Below the pieces are notes generated by a model. That model was not told the origin of the DNA. It searched no databases and saw nothing but the letters and a program-made list of their open reading frames with translations. Below are positions 44,165 through 59,782 of a DNA stretch of 64,000 bases, in pieces. Each line of letters opens with the position of its first letter. The first letter of the stretch is position 1. The translations under genes and the position numbers were made by a program. This DNA comes from the human T2T-CHM13v2.0 reference genome, Homo sapiens. The stretch is taken from the NCBI RefSeq assembly GCF_009914755.1, contig NC_060927.1; one strand, written 5' to 3'.

Positions 44165-46461
44165 TGTCTTAGTCCATTCCAGTTGCTACAACAAAACACC
44201 ATAGACTGGAAACCTTATCAACAATAGAAATGTATTTCTCACAGTTCTAAAGACAAGGAGTTCCAAGATCAAGGTGCTGGCAGATCTGTTGTTTAATGAG
44301 GACCCACTTCCTAGTTCATAGACAACCATCTTTTTGCGATGTTCTCACATGGTAGAAGGGGAGAGGGAAGTCTATAAAGTCTCTTTTATAAGAGAACTAA
44401 TCCCATTCATGAGGGCTCTACCTTCATAAGCTAACCATTTCCCAAAGGCCCTACTGCCAAATATCATCACATTAAGGATCTGATTTCAACATATAAATTT
44501 TGGAGGGACATAAACATACAGTCTGTGGCATTCTGCCTTTGACCCCCTTCCCCAAAATTCATGTTTTTCTCATGTGCAAAATACATTTTTTCCACCCTAA
44601 TAGCCCCAAAAGTCAAAACTTATCTCAGCTACAAATTTAAAGTCTAAGTCCAAAGTCTCACCAAAATATCACCTAAATTAGATATGGAAGAGATAAAAGG
44701 TCTAATTCATCCTAGGCAAACTTCTCTCCACTTGTGAACCTGTGAAACCAACATTTTATGTGCTTCCAAAATGCAGTGGTGGGACAGGCATAGAATAGGC
44801 ATTCCTATTCCAAAGGGAGCAATCGGCAAGAAGTAGTGACAGGTCTCAAGTCCAAAACCCAGTGGAGCTAATTCCATTAGACCTTAAAGCTTGAGAATAA
44901 TCTTCTTTGGCTGTATGCTGTACCCTCAAGGCCCACTGAAGCAGAGGTCCTGCCCAATAGACACACTTGAACAGTGGTCCTGCCCACAAAGCTTTGCCAG
45001 GTAGGGGGACCCCAAGGCTCCATGTAGCACTGCTCCTTTGGGTTTAGGTGGCCCTGTCACACCCAGCAGCTCTGTACCTTGGCCCCCACCCCCATGGCTG
45101 TTCTCTGCCTGGGCCCTGTGCCTCTGCTGGGAGGCCTGATCCTTTGAAATCTAGGTAGGAACAACATGGCTCCTCAGCTTTGCTGGGTGGAGCAGCCACA
45201 CCACACCAGGGCCCTCCAGAGCCATACCTGAAGCAGCTGAGTGTGAAGCTGCTCCATACCATGAGCACTGGAGTGAAGTCAGCAGAGGCTGCAATGTGAG
45301 GAGGCGCCAGGCAGGGCACACTGCAATCCTACATGTGCCAGCGGCCTCTACACTGTGATGGGGGTGGCAGCTCTGATTATCTCTGAACTGCCTTCAGGGT
45401 CATTCTTCCATTGTCTTGAACAGCTCCTGACTTCTGTTTAAAGGGCTAACAAATCTTATCAAACAGTCATTTGGCCATACCCTTTGTGTTCTTTCTTGAA
45501 CATGCTTTCTCTATTTTTACAATACAAATAGGCTAAGAATCTCCCAAACCTTTATGTTCTGCTTGCTTTTTAATTAACAATTCTGCCTTTAAGTCATTTC
45601 TCTCTTCTTCCATTTTACTATAAATGGTCAGGAAAAACCAGGTCACTTTTCAACACTTTGCTTAGGAATTTCCTCAACCAAAATACCCAATTTCATCACT
45701 CACAAGTTATACCTTCCACAAAATACTAGAACATGAACACAATTCAACCAAGTTCTTTGACACTTTATAACAAGAATGACCTTTACTCCATTATTCAATA
45801 ACATGTTCCTCATTTCCATGTGAGATCTCATCAGAATGGCCTTTACCATCTATTTCCACCAACACTCTCTTCAGGATTATTTAGGGATTCTCTAGGAAGA
45901 CTGAGGCTTTCTCTAAAGCTCTCCTCTTTTCTTTCTGAGCCCTTACCAGAATCATCCTTAATAGTCTGTTCATAGCAATGCAGGCTCTTTCTAGAATGTA
46001 TGTCAAAACTCTTCCAGCCTCTACCCATTACCCACTTCCAAAGCCACATCCATACTTTTTGGTATTTGTAACAGCACTACCCTCACTCCTAAGTACCAAT
46101 TTCTCCCTCAGTCCATTCAGACTGCTATAACAGAATACCATAAATTAGGTGGCTTATCAACAACAGAAATTTATTTCTCACAGTTCTGGATGTTGGGAAA
46201 TCCAAGATCAAGGTGCCAGCCGACTGGGAGCTCTCTTCCTGGTTCATAGACAGGCATCTTCTCACTGTGGCTTCACATGGCATAAGGGGCAAGAGAAGCC
46301 TCTGGGGCCTCTTGTATATAGACACCCATCTCACCCATGGGGCCTCCACCATCATGACCTAATCCCCTCCCACAGGTCCCACCTGCTTCTAATGCTATCA
46401 CATTAGGGATTAGGTTTCAACATACGAATTTGGGGAGGTCACAAATATTCACTATGTAGCA
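44165..46461 (-). mobile_element. Complete MLT1A(0) MaLR: LTRs 44165-44530 and 46104-46461 with internal region
   Basis: Paired LTRs (ATTTCTCACAGTTCT..CCAAGATCAAGGTGC); perfect TSD ATAGG. Confidence 0.9.
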
Positions 46462-48149
46462 ATAGGTTTAAAACAATTCCTATCAAAAATCTCAGTGAGG
46501 AAGTTCGTATGCAATGACAAGCTTATTCTAAAATTTATATGGAAATGCACAGGTCCTAGAATAGCTAAAATAATACTGACAAAGAATAAAGTGGGAATGA
46601 TCACTCTACCAACCTGTCTGTACAAAAGAAAGTATGATACTGGTGAGAATGGAGACAAATACACTCTATTGGTTTTTTACAGTGGTACAAAAGCAATTCA
46701 GTGGGAAAAGGGTAGACTTTTCAACAAATGGCCTTGGAGCAATTAGACATTCATAAGCAAAAAAATTGAACCCCAACCTAAACCAACGTAATGGAGAAAA
46801 TCATCTGAATCTAGAGCTAGGCAAAGAGTTCTCAGACTTGATACCAAAAGCACAACCCATAAGAGGAAAAACTGATAAATTGGACCGATTCAAAATTTAA
46901 CATTCTTGCTCTTTGAAAGACCATTTTAAGAGAATAAAAAGACAAGCTAGAGACTGGGAGAAAATTTTCCAAAACACACATCCAACAAAGGACTGGTATT
47001 CAGAATATATGAAGAACTCTCAAAACAAAACAACAAACAATCCAATTAGAAATGGAAAAAAGACACACGTGCAGACATTTCACTGAAAAGGATATACAGA
47101 TGACAACACAAGAAAAAAAATGTTCAAATCATTAGCCATTAAAGAAATACAAATCAAAAACTACAGTGTGATATCATTACATACCTATCAAAATGGATAA
47201 TTTTTTTAAAAAAGTCATAACATCAAATGCTGGCAAGGATATAGAGAAACTAGATCACTTATAATTGCTGGTGCAGAAACTCTGAAAAACAGTTTGGCGG
47301 TTTCTTTAAGAACTAAGTATGTAATTATCACATGTACCAGCAATTGCATTCTTGGGCATTTATCTCAGAGAAACAAAAATTTATATTCACACAAAACCTT
47401 GTACACCATTATTCATGTTCATAATAGCCCCAAACTAGAAACAACCCAGATGTCCTTCAACAGGTTAATAGTTATACAAATTGTGGTACATATCCATACC
47501 ATGGAATACTTCTCAGCAATAAAAAGGGACCAATTATTGATACACACAATAATTTGGATGACTATCCAGAGAATTCTACTTTGTGAAAAAAGCCAGTCCC
47601 CTAAAATATATATACTGTATGATTCCATTTATATAACATTCATGAAACAACAAAATTATAGAAACAAAGAAAAGATTAGGGGTTACCAGGAGCTAAGGAT
47701 GAGGTTATGAAGGGGAAGCAAAGAGGAAGTAGATATGTTCACATAAAGGTAACACCAGGGATCTTTGTGATGGTGGAAATACTCTCTATCTTGACTGGAG
47801 TGGTAGATACACAAACACACATGAGATAAAATGGCATAGAACACAATATTTTGTATACACAAAGGAGTACAAATAAAACTAGGGAGATCGGAATAGGATG
47901 GATAAACTACATCAATGTCCATATCCTGGTTATGATAACAGACTACAGTTTGCAAGATGTTACCATTGGGGAAAACTGAGTAAAGGGTACATAGGATCAC
48001 TCTGCATTACTTCTTACAAGTGCATGTGATAAAATCTTTAATTACCTTAAAATAAAGAGTTTAATTTTAAAGAATACCTAATACATATATAAACCACTTA
48101 GCACAGTGTTTAGCCTAGAAAAAAAATGTTAGCTATTATTGTTTTTCAC

Positions 48150-48450
48150 CAGCATGTTCAACTCTGGAGACAACAATTTAAGACAACTGTAAACATCAGA
48201 AGACCTTGATGAGGAGGACCTTCTTGACTTCTGCAAACCATGTTAATACTTTGGGATTGAAGAAATTAGAATCATTTACCATGGAGTACGGAAGACTAAA
48301 GGAAACATATCAGTCATTAAAAGTGCTGAAATAGTAGAAGCAACATACTCTATTAATTCCTAGAGCCATGTTAGGGCCATTTCAAGAGAAATTTTTATTT
48401 TTTGGTATAAAAATAAAACTATAACCATTCAAGCTGGCTCTTAACTAAAA
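48150..48450 (+). mobile_element. L3/CR1 3' fragment
   Basis: TTGAAGAAATTAGAATCATTTACCATGGAGTACGGAAGACTAAAGGAAACAT resembles the CR1 LKELGLFSLEKRRLRGD motif. Confidence 0.45.
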
Positions 48451-50759
48451 AGTTTATCTTGAAAATATTTGCAATAACCCCCACTGGATTCATTCGGTAG
48501 GGACACAAATCAGGGCTTTCTCAGGGCAAACACCAGAGAACACATATATGGTCCTGGCCAATGCCCATAATTCAGAGATGCCCGGGAGGAGATTCAAGCT
48601 TGGAGTCAGAACCTGAAACTTTAAAGATCACTTGCAATCATGACTCTGTGATTCTGCATGACAAAAATCCGAACACCTTGGTAAAGCTACAGACTTAAAT
48701 CTAAAATTTAAAAGTAAGGGAAACGTGCATGGGGTTGGCAATAAAACTTTTGAAAAAATGAGGGTTTTTTTTAAAGTGAACTATCAATGAATTTCTAAAT
48801 ATTATAGTTCAATTCAGTATTACATATTCCAGTTATGTAGTTACTGCGGCCAAAAGCAATTGATTAAAATATTAGCCTCTTGAAAAGTAACCAGATACTA
48901 AAGCAACAAAAAAATAAATACTAGCCATTTAGCTCATAAGGGAATTGTGGTTATCAGTTAGTGAGTGATCTCATAGCCTTTCATGATCTTGTAATAAGAG
49001 TACTCATACAGGCATAAATCACCACTATGATCAGGCTTTGAAGCCCATAGTATCTCATCAGACTATCTAATGGGGATATGTATTATCTGCCCAAAGGAGC
49101 TGATAGGATTCTTCAATGTTTTAGTCATGTTTCAACACTCAGGCCTGCATAATCATATACTGACAATTAAGCAAATGAGAATTCTCACACTTTAAAAGCT
49201 GGTATATTAGTAGCTCTTAATATTTATTACACAAGTATATGTATTACTAGAGTCTAGAGCTAATAAAGATGGTTTTAATGCTTCCAACTAATATTTTCAA
49301 TATTCAGTAAGGTAATCAATTTGTCCAATTTTAAGCAGCATAGCTCCATAAATGAGGTATTTGGCATGGAACCTGATTTGAAATGCATTCTTTTCTCAAG
49401 CGATTGAATAGTTGCAATGAAAATTTATAATTTGTGGTATATTATAGAAGAAAGTGGATTGAATTTCTCTATCAAAATTATGCATGGTTCAAAATCTTTT
49501 GTGCTCTAACACATAGAAACTGGCAGACAAATGCAATTACATTAAATATGCTGTCATCCAGAACATCTGAAGAATGCTATTTATCTAATCTTATCAATTT
49601 AAGCATATTCTGCTACCATAGCTGAGTACAAATGCCAGGCCATGACCATCACATTAATACCATGAGGCTATACCAAATGCCATTTCTAGAAATCAGTGGA
49701 GAGAATTTTATTGGGTCCAGGCTATTTCACTTGAAGGCAATTGTCAGATCAATCTGTGTCTAACTTAATTTGTAACTTGATTTATACCTACAATGTTTGC
49801 AGATTAGACAACTGATTAAGAAGGGATTGATTTATTCTCAGAAAAATGGACCTAATAAATAGCATTATCACTTTTCACAGAAATTAACACACTATTTCCA
49901 AAACATATAAATTATTCAGTAGATTAATAAAGGAGAGTACCTTCTTTGCAAATAAGCAATTTCAGTGAAGATATTACTTATGACAATTCCATGACATTTA
50001 GAAATTCCTGCATTTATCAGAATATACAAGTTGTAAATTTATACTAAATGATCTCATTATTGTATGTAGGGTGCAGTTTATATAAAGATAGATATTATTC
50101 ATGAAATAGCATGTCAGTTTAGCTTTGAAATCATCTCTAATGTAAATAAAGGTAATTGTTTTATAAAAGACAAATATGTGGCTCATTATATGTACCAAGA
50201 CTGTTTGTGTATTGTCATTATAAACTTGAATAATGTAAGCTGTACTTTTTAAAACTAAAGTTCTTCATGTGTTTTGCCCCAGATGATGAAAACCAACTTC
50301 TGTCCTCAGATTTAAAACTGAGAGCACAGGCAATAAAAAAAAAAAACCTGTATTTTCTTTTTATTGCTTAGAACCTAAGCAATAAAAAAATTAATTTATC
50401 AACTTCATTTACCATTTTACATTTAAAATTGAATATAAATGTAATAACTAGCTATAAGTTTATTTTATTTGTTTTTGTCACCCAAAAGATATCATTAGAA
50501 TTAACTGATTTTTTTTAAAATTACAGTGAAAGTGGCTTTCACATCGGGCTGAAATTATAAACCAAGAATAGCTACATCGTTTTGAAAATACTATTTTGAA
50601 GTTTTTCAACTTGGTCAGGTGATCTCTGCCCCCTCCCAACCATCAATATGCACAGTAGCAGATTAGAGAATGGGGTCAACTATGTTCACTGAAAGAACAG
50701 TTACATTCAGTCACCATTTGCTATACCCTCATCTTCACCCACAATTATTTTCAACTCTC

Positions 50760-51547
50760 TTAAGCCATTTTTTGCCCCTACTGCCACTGAATGTCCTTTG
50801 ACAAGGATGAAAATGACTAATCTCATCATCAGTATGGATTCTTTTCAGTATGCATCTCACTTCTCCTCTCTATAAATGAACATTGTAGAAGACTCCTTTC
50901 TACTTGGAACTCTTCCTTGAACTCGCAAACCACCACCTTCATTTATTTCTTCTTACTCTTTGGTAATTCCTTCTCCATCTCTTCTCTGAGCTGCTTTTCC
51001 TCAACCCCTAAGTGTTAGTGGGCCCCCACAAGTCTAGCCCTGGATTTCTTTTCAAACTTCTTGGATAATATCATTAACTTCTAAGCCTTTTTTCACCATA
51101 TATATGGTTCCCAGGCTTTTTTTCTCCAATTTATTTATGAAATATTTATGAGCACTTTCTATATACCAGACTTTCTTCTGGTTGATGGGCATTAGGTCAC
51201 ATGCTGTCACCTGCCTCTTTCAAAGGCATCACAAATCCAACATCTCAAAAATAATACTTTTAGCTAAAATCTGCTTACTCTTAGATTTCTTTTTGTGGAA
51301 GCTGGTGCCACCCATTCATCTAGACCCCAACAGAATTAGGGATTTCTGCTTTCTCATGTCCACCAGTGAGTGAGCAGTCAACTTGATCTCCTTTATGTTT
51401 TTTATTTGTTGTTTTTTCTTTGCTCCTGCAGTATCTTATAATTTCTTATGTTGTTTCTGAAACTTGCTCTGTGTCTACTTTCAAAATCTTCCAATTCATC
51501 TTCCACAGTACTATTTTGCAAAAACATCAATTTAATATGTTGCTTAC
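50760..51547 (+). mobile_element. L2 remnant, resuming after 52738
   Basis: Pyrimidine-rich L2-like motifs (CCACTGAATGTCCTTTGACAAGG; CATCACAAATCCAACATCTCAAAA). Confidence 0.65.
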
Positions 51548-51703
51548 TGCTATAGTGTGAATGCCCCCTCCCAAACTCATGTTGAGATTTAATTCCTATT
51601 GTGATGATATTAAGAGGTGGGACCATCAAGAGATTACAAGGTCATGAGGGCTCTGCCCTCATGAACGGATTAATGTTGTTTTGCAAGAGTGGGTTCATTA
51701 TCA

Positions 51704-52517
<814 letters not shown>

Positions 52518-52827
52518 AAAAGGCAAGTTTGACCCTCTCCTGCTGGTTTACTCTCACTTTCTCTTGCCTTTCTGCCTTCTGGTATGGGACGGTGCAGCAG
52601 AAAGATCATCACCATACGCCAGTGCCATGCTCTTAGATTTCCCAGACTCTAGGACAATGAGCCAAATAAATTTCTGTTCATTAGAAACTATCCAGTCTGT
52701 GGTATTCTGTTATAGCAACATAAAATGGGCTAAAACACTTGCTGATCATATTGTTTATGAAAGCCTCAGAAAAACATCTAAACCCCTTAGCAAAATATAG
52801 AAGACATTTTGTTGCTAGTTGTAGGAA

Positions 52828-53080
52828 ATAATAGCTACACTTTATCAGTGCTTACTGCATGCCATTGTGCTAAAGCTCTAAAAACACAATTTATTGTTTA
52901 TTTTCAAAAAATCTGTGAGAAAGAGGGTGGAATCATTATCCCCATCTTAAACATGATGAAATAGAGAATCTGATAAATTAAATAATTGCTTAAAGCCACA
53001 AGCTACCAAGTGACAGATTTGAGGTTCACCCAAATCTCCTGTCTCCCAGGCCCATTCTCTTAATCACAGTGCTGTACCAC
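52828..53080 (-). mobile_element. MIR, near full length
   Basis: ATTATCCCCATCTTAAACATGATGAAATAGAG core. Confidence 0.75.
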
Positions 53081-53564
53081 CTCCCTTGTTGCTCCAGGTC
53101 CATCATTTTCCAGTACTCTCCATTTGAGCCATGCCAACCCCTCTGGAAGATCCCAACATGCTTATCCAGGCTGCCATCCAGAATGTCTTTTCTTACTTGT
53201 ACTCTTGTAGAAAACACTGACTCCTCTCAAGCACTTTATAAGGAATGGTTTCTAAATCTGTTCTGAAAGCAATTTCTAAGAACTTTCTAAAATGCCACAA
53301 GCAGTAACAGGCTTTGGTGTCATTTCATAGCCTCCTGATGTATATGATATTCGGGGGCAGCTCTTACTTGGCACAAATACAGACAGAACATTTCTTAAAG
53401 AAGCCTCAAAAATTTATATTTATAACTCGTAAAGTAGATAATAATTTTGGCCAATAGCTTTGGTAGATAACAGCACAGGTAAATAGCCTTCAAAAATGAA
53501 CACGTATACATTTATACACTTAACAAAAGTAAATGTGAACTAATTTGGGGGGGGTACTATATTC

Positions 53565-53770
53565 AAGCAAAAGAACATTATCTTGGGAGTCAGACCCACT
53601 TGGATTTAAAATTTTCTACCACTTACCATATATGTATTCTAGGGTATGATACTTAGCCCTCTAGGCCTAGTTTTTCCATTTTTAAAATAGGAGTGAAATG
53701 ACTAGATCATAGGGCTTTGCGAGCATTAAATGAGAAAATGCTTATAAAGGTCCCAATGTAGCTCCTAGAA
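53565..53770 (+). mobile_element. MIR
   Basis: GGAGTCAGAC..CCTAGTTTTTCCATTTTTAAAATAGG..ATTAAATGAG. Confidence 0.7.
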
Positions 53771-55215
53771 GAGAAACATTTTAGTTGCCTTCCAAACCTC
53801 ATTTCTCCCCTTTCCTCAGTGCTGCAACTCAAAAATGCCAGCATCAACTATACTACAGACTCTTTAATGAGATCTCATGGGACAACCAAAATATGTCATG
53901 TCTACTATTTTACTTTACCCTGAAAAAAATCTAGACTGCCACATTTAGAGACTGGAGATGGCAGGAAGTTGAAGGGTTCATTCAAAAAGACCTGGTAGAT
54001 CTTTTTTATGAAAAGCTGTCAAATATTACGACATCTCCTACTCATGATCAATTTATATCTGCATTACTACAATGGAAGAATCCCCTGCTTCACAGAAGCA
54101 TTGAAGTTAACCCAGACATTCTTAGAAAAACATCGGTGGGTGACCCTACACCATTCATTAAGCGCTCTTCTGCACAGAGCCCTGTGGTGGACACCACACA
54201 GGCAGTTAACAGAGCTTTTCTCCATGAACTTGAAGTATGTAATTAAATGAGAGAGAGGAGAGAGAGAGAGAAGCAGTCTCCCCAGCTTCGTCTCCGAACT
54301 TGAAAGCATTCTGGGTGGTAACAACCGGCAGGACTTCTGGCAGAAGTGGTGGAATCTTTGGGAGCTCTGAAGCACCAAATTGAGACTAGTATGTATGACT
54401 GTGTGGCAGCTGCAAGCCCCACACAATGAGAATGTTGGCAAGTCATGCAGAAAATAGAGCCAGGAATAATACTGAGCAGCAACAGCAGAGCCTCTAAACC
54501 TGACCATTCCTCCACATGTTTTAAACATATGTTTAGCCTAGCAGGGGTCACAGGGACAGCTGAAAAGCCCCTTCCGAAGCTGTCAGAGACAACATTTGTA
54601 AAAGCTTCCTGATGCCTTAAAGTGCCAATAAGGATGGTTTCCTCTCATGTGAGCATGAAATGTGCCTGAGAGAATGCAGCATATAGCCCCAGAGGGTGCA
54701 AGAGACGTAACCAAGAGACCAGGATATTTCCCTGGGGCCAGGCCACCAGTCCAACTCCCACAGCAGCTGGAAATTATCGTCTTACAGCCACAGAAGCTGA
54801 GAACTAGGCTGTCCCATTTCCCCGCAAGTCCCCTAGGGAAACGCCGAACTGTAGCTGGAACATCTCAGCTTCCAAGCTCTAAACAAAACACCAGGCCATT
54901 TGTCTTACATGGCATATCTCAATAAACATGATTTGGAATGCATAATTTGGTATTTCTAAACTATATAATCAAATAAATTCCCGTTACTGGCAAAAGAGCA
55001 GGAGCACCACAGGAGTAACTGCATAGCGAGTTTACCGTAAGTGTGTCTCTGCAAGCTTACTGAATGATCACTTTCTTCATTTGGCCCTTTCTTTTGCTAA
55101 AATATTTTGCAAAATAATAATACACCATTGTTCTGGCCCTATTAATATAATAATTGTACAATCTTACCTTAAAAAGAAACTTGGCCAAAAACAAATGAAA
55201 TCACTTAAAAAATAA

Positions 55216-55511
<296 letters not shown>

Positions 55512-56002
55512 CATTCCTTTTAAATAATTTCAAATGAAATGGATATGTCATAAAAATTCACAGCTACAAGTGATGCCAAGTCAGTACTCATATCTCTGAA
55601 TGAAAGATGCAGTGTCACATTTCAACAAACTAGCACAGAATAATATTGCAAAGACAGATTTAGAAATCCAAAAATCTGTCATGCTGACTTCATAATGAAA
55701 AGTTCCTTCTTAGAGTACTTTATAAGTAACTATAAATTCAGCTATTATAGAAATCACTGGAAACCCAAGCCTCTTGCCTCTTGCCAGTCACAATATCATT
55801 GCTCCATTTAATGTCGCATGGGTGACACCCAAAATTTAGTCTCTCAAGCCAAAGGGAGGGCAGTTATTTTTAGAATCTAGTAAAGTGATTTTGAAAAGCT
55901 AGGAGAAACTTCCCTGGGGCGACACAGACGTGAGATTAAAGTCAAACCCACACAAGGAAGTTAACAAGATCTCACAAGTCAGAGCATAAAAAGTTTCCTA
56001 CA

Positions 56003-56479
<477 letters not shown>

Positions 56480-56849
56480 TCAATAATAAAAGGTGAGCGT
56501 AATGACTGGTCCTGAAATAAGCCTGAAAAAGTGAGAACGTATACCCAAAGAGCAAGGATACCCAAATGTACATTTATTTCACTGGAACTTTTTTTAAAGA
56601 GTGGAGGTTTCCAGTATGAATCACCTCTTGGGTTACTAAATTGCATAAATTTATCAAACACATTTTCAATTATTGTGCTATATTTACCTCTTTCAAATTT
56701 AAAAAAGTGTTCCTATTCCTATTCTAAAATATAATAAATATATATATTATCCTTTCCAGCGCTTTTATTGATTGATTGATTTTTTCCATTTTAACATTCT
56801 TCTGTGAGTCTTTCAAAACTGAAAAAAAAAAAAAAAAAAAGGCATATCC

Positions 56850-57085
56850 TAGTGCTTAAAGCTATACTATCTGGGTTCCAGTCCCAACTCTGGCACTACC
56901 GATTAGATAGAGTCCTTGAGCAGGTAACTTTACCTCTCTGTACTTCAAACCCCTCACATTTAAAATAGGGTCACAATAACAAGCAGCTTTTAGTATTGTT
57001 GTGAGGAATTTAAACAGGTTGAAACATGCAGAACTTCAGGAACAGCACCCAGTACATCATTACATTCATTATGCTATGATCATTA
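56850..57085 (+). mobile_element. MIR
   Basis: CTGGGTTCCAGTCCCAACTCTGGCACT..CTTGAGCAGGTAACTT..TTGTGAGGA. Confidence 0.7.
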
Positions 57086-58174
57086 TGAATGTTGATCTTT
57101 TACATCTGGTCTTAAAATGGGCAGTATTTTCTGGAGAATGTCTTCTACTTATTCATTTTACCTATTATCACCATGTATAGCCTGGCTAGATCTCAAAAAA
57201 AAAAGTAGTTTCAACAAATCATTTGGAGGCCAAACGTAAAAAGAGCTAACTAAATTAGGAGAACCCGCTCCAACCAGGAAAAAGACAAGCAAAGGGAAGG
57301 ATGAACATGTGCTATGATGGCTGGCTGCTTAAAGAGAAGAGCCACACGAGTCTGAATAGAAATATTAGCAGACAAGAAAGCTCTATTTTCTGATATTATT
57401 CCAAATAAACAATGGAAGTTTTTTTTTCCTTTGAAGAATCCAAGAATGGCTTAGAAAATTGTCACATTTCATCATATTACAGTATTTGTTACTAAGCAAA
57501 ATATTTTCTAGTGATGAATAACACTAGAAGTTACCAGAGAAGCTCTCTCCTCAGAACTACAAAATTTTTCTTTCTTACCATTCACAAATGTTTCAATAAT
57601 TTTTTTTTTAACTCTTGGATTTACTCTCCTGTAGAGAACAGCACAACGTTTTCTCCATGTCTCATCAGGATGGTGGAAACAGCAGCCACTGGAAATTCTG
57701 CCCACAAATATTCATAAACATATCATCCTGATATAGATAGACCCTTCACAGTTGTCAAAGCACCTTCACTTACATTATCTCATGTAATCTTCACAATGAT
57801 GAAACAGGAGCAGGGAGGTATATTTTTCCAACAAAAGAGAAACTGAAGCCCAGATAGATGGTTTCTCTGGTTTCTGATGCAATTGCTTCTTCTACCAATG
57901 TGTTCCCAAGACAGACCATGGACCTTACTTCCAGGCTGCACCCACGATCACTACACAAACTGCAGTGTTGTTACTAACCTCCACCTGTGATCTATCTCCC
58001 TATTTCATCTCAGTGACAAAACTTCCTGGCCTCTGTAGCTCGTTAAATCTTAACCCAATGCCAGAGTTCCCAAAGTAAAATTGTCAGGGGGGATTTAACC
58101 TAAGTCTTTCTACCAACTTATTGTTAGTTACATACATCTGCGCCAACAGATGATCATATTAGAAACCAAAATAA

Positions 58175-58400
58175 CAATAACAAACAACAATAATAATAGC
58201 AACTCTCAGGTAGCACTATGATAGACTTTTTATTTACTTTATATTTTATCCTCAAAACAACCCTAAAAGGTAAATTATTAGTATTCTTATTTTATACATG
58301 AAGAAACTGGGTCTCAGGGAAGTTGAGAACTTTAGTGGGGCCACAGAGCTGGTGGTGATTATGTCAGATTTGAAAGCCAACTTCAGCTGTATTCAACGTG
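58175..58400 (-). mobile_element. MIR
   Basis: ATTTTATACATGAAGAAACTGGGTCTCAG. Confidence 0.7.
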
Positions 58401-58516
58401 CACCCACTTTTCATAATGGTGCATTGTTTTAAATCTCTGAATTCCCAATATCCGGCATGATGTCTACCACATTGTTAGTGCTCATTGACAGTGTTAGTAA
58501 TTAAAGACAGAACCAA

Positions 58517-58881
58517 TGTATTAGTCTGTTCTCACACTGCTGATAAAGACATACCCAAGACTGGCTAATTTATAAAGGGAAGAGGTTTAATGGACTCACA
58601 GTTCCACATGGCAGGGGAGGCCTCCCAATCATGGTGGAAGACAAATGAAGAGCAAAGGGACAGCTACCTGGTGGCAAGCAAGAGAGAGCTCATGTAGGGA
58701 AACTCCCCTTTATGAAACCATCAGATCTCATGAGACTTATTCACTATCATGAGAACAGCATGGGAAAAACCTAACCACATGATTCAGTTGCTTCCCACCA
58801 GGTCCCTCCCATGACACATGGGAATTATGGGAGCTGCAGTTCAAGATGAGATTTGGGTGGGAACACAGCCAAACCATATCA
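58517..58881 (-). mobile_element. THE1B-like solo LTR
   Basis: TGTATTAGTC...CCAAACCATATCA; perfect TSD ACCAA. Confidence 0.93.
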
Positions 58882-59782
58882 ACCAAAACAAGATGTACAT
58901 TCTCCTGACTGCACTGGACATCTCAATTTTCCTATATGATGCTCACTCCCAGTTTTCTATCCTGTGGGAGCTGCTATCTTGCATTCCTCTTAATTCAGTG
59001 GCCTGGAGGAGTTCATGTTGCATATTCTACACTGCTGCTGCCAAAAAATTGCCCTTCACCAGCCCTGAGCATCCTCTGCTGAGGCACACTTGCTCCCTTA
59101 TGCACTTTCCTACATCTTTATCTCCATCATCTGGTGAGCTCCAGGACACATCCTAAATTCCTTAATAGCTCTAGCCACCTAAGACAAAAATCAACAGCTC
59201 CTCATCTGCCACCACATTTTTCTTGACCTTCTCAATGTCAAACAACTACAACTATGATCCACTTCAGCCACTTTGCAGCCTATCATCTCTTGGAAATGCC
59301 CCAGCTTGAAAGTTTTCATATTTGTATCTCCCTTCTCTGGCTTCCACCACTCATCTCTCCTTTATTGAACCTGATCATTTTTCTTCCACTTTTTTCAACA
59401 ATCTGCAGCCTAATAAACAAATCTCCTGCCTCCCTCACACCTTTGCTGTTTCCTTCACCACAACTCTATTCCCTCTACTACAAATATGCTCAATCTTCCA
59501 TCACCTACAAAATCTTTCCCACAAACCTACTCAAAATCAATTGTTCTTCTATATCTGCCCTTAATATTTGTCCATTTACTTGAAATTTATAATTTGAGTA
59601 AGTCCATATGTAGAAATTTAGCCTTTTAGAAATTTACTCCAAAACTATACAAAAAGGCATAAAAAAATTATGGCATGACTTCTGCATATTTCTGCGAAAA
59701 TGCCTCAAATATCGGGAAAAAAATAATGACATAACGATATCTTTTCACATTAGCAACTTGTTATCCAAATACAAGCAGATCA

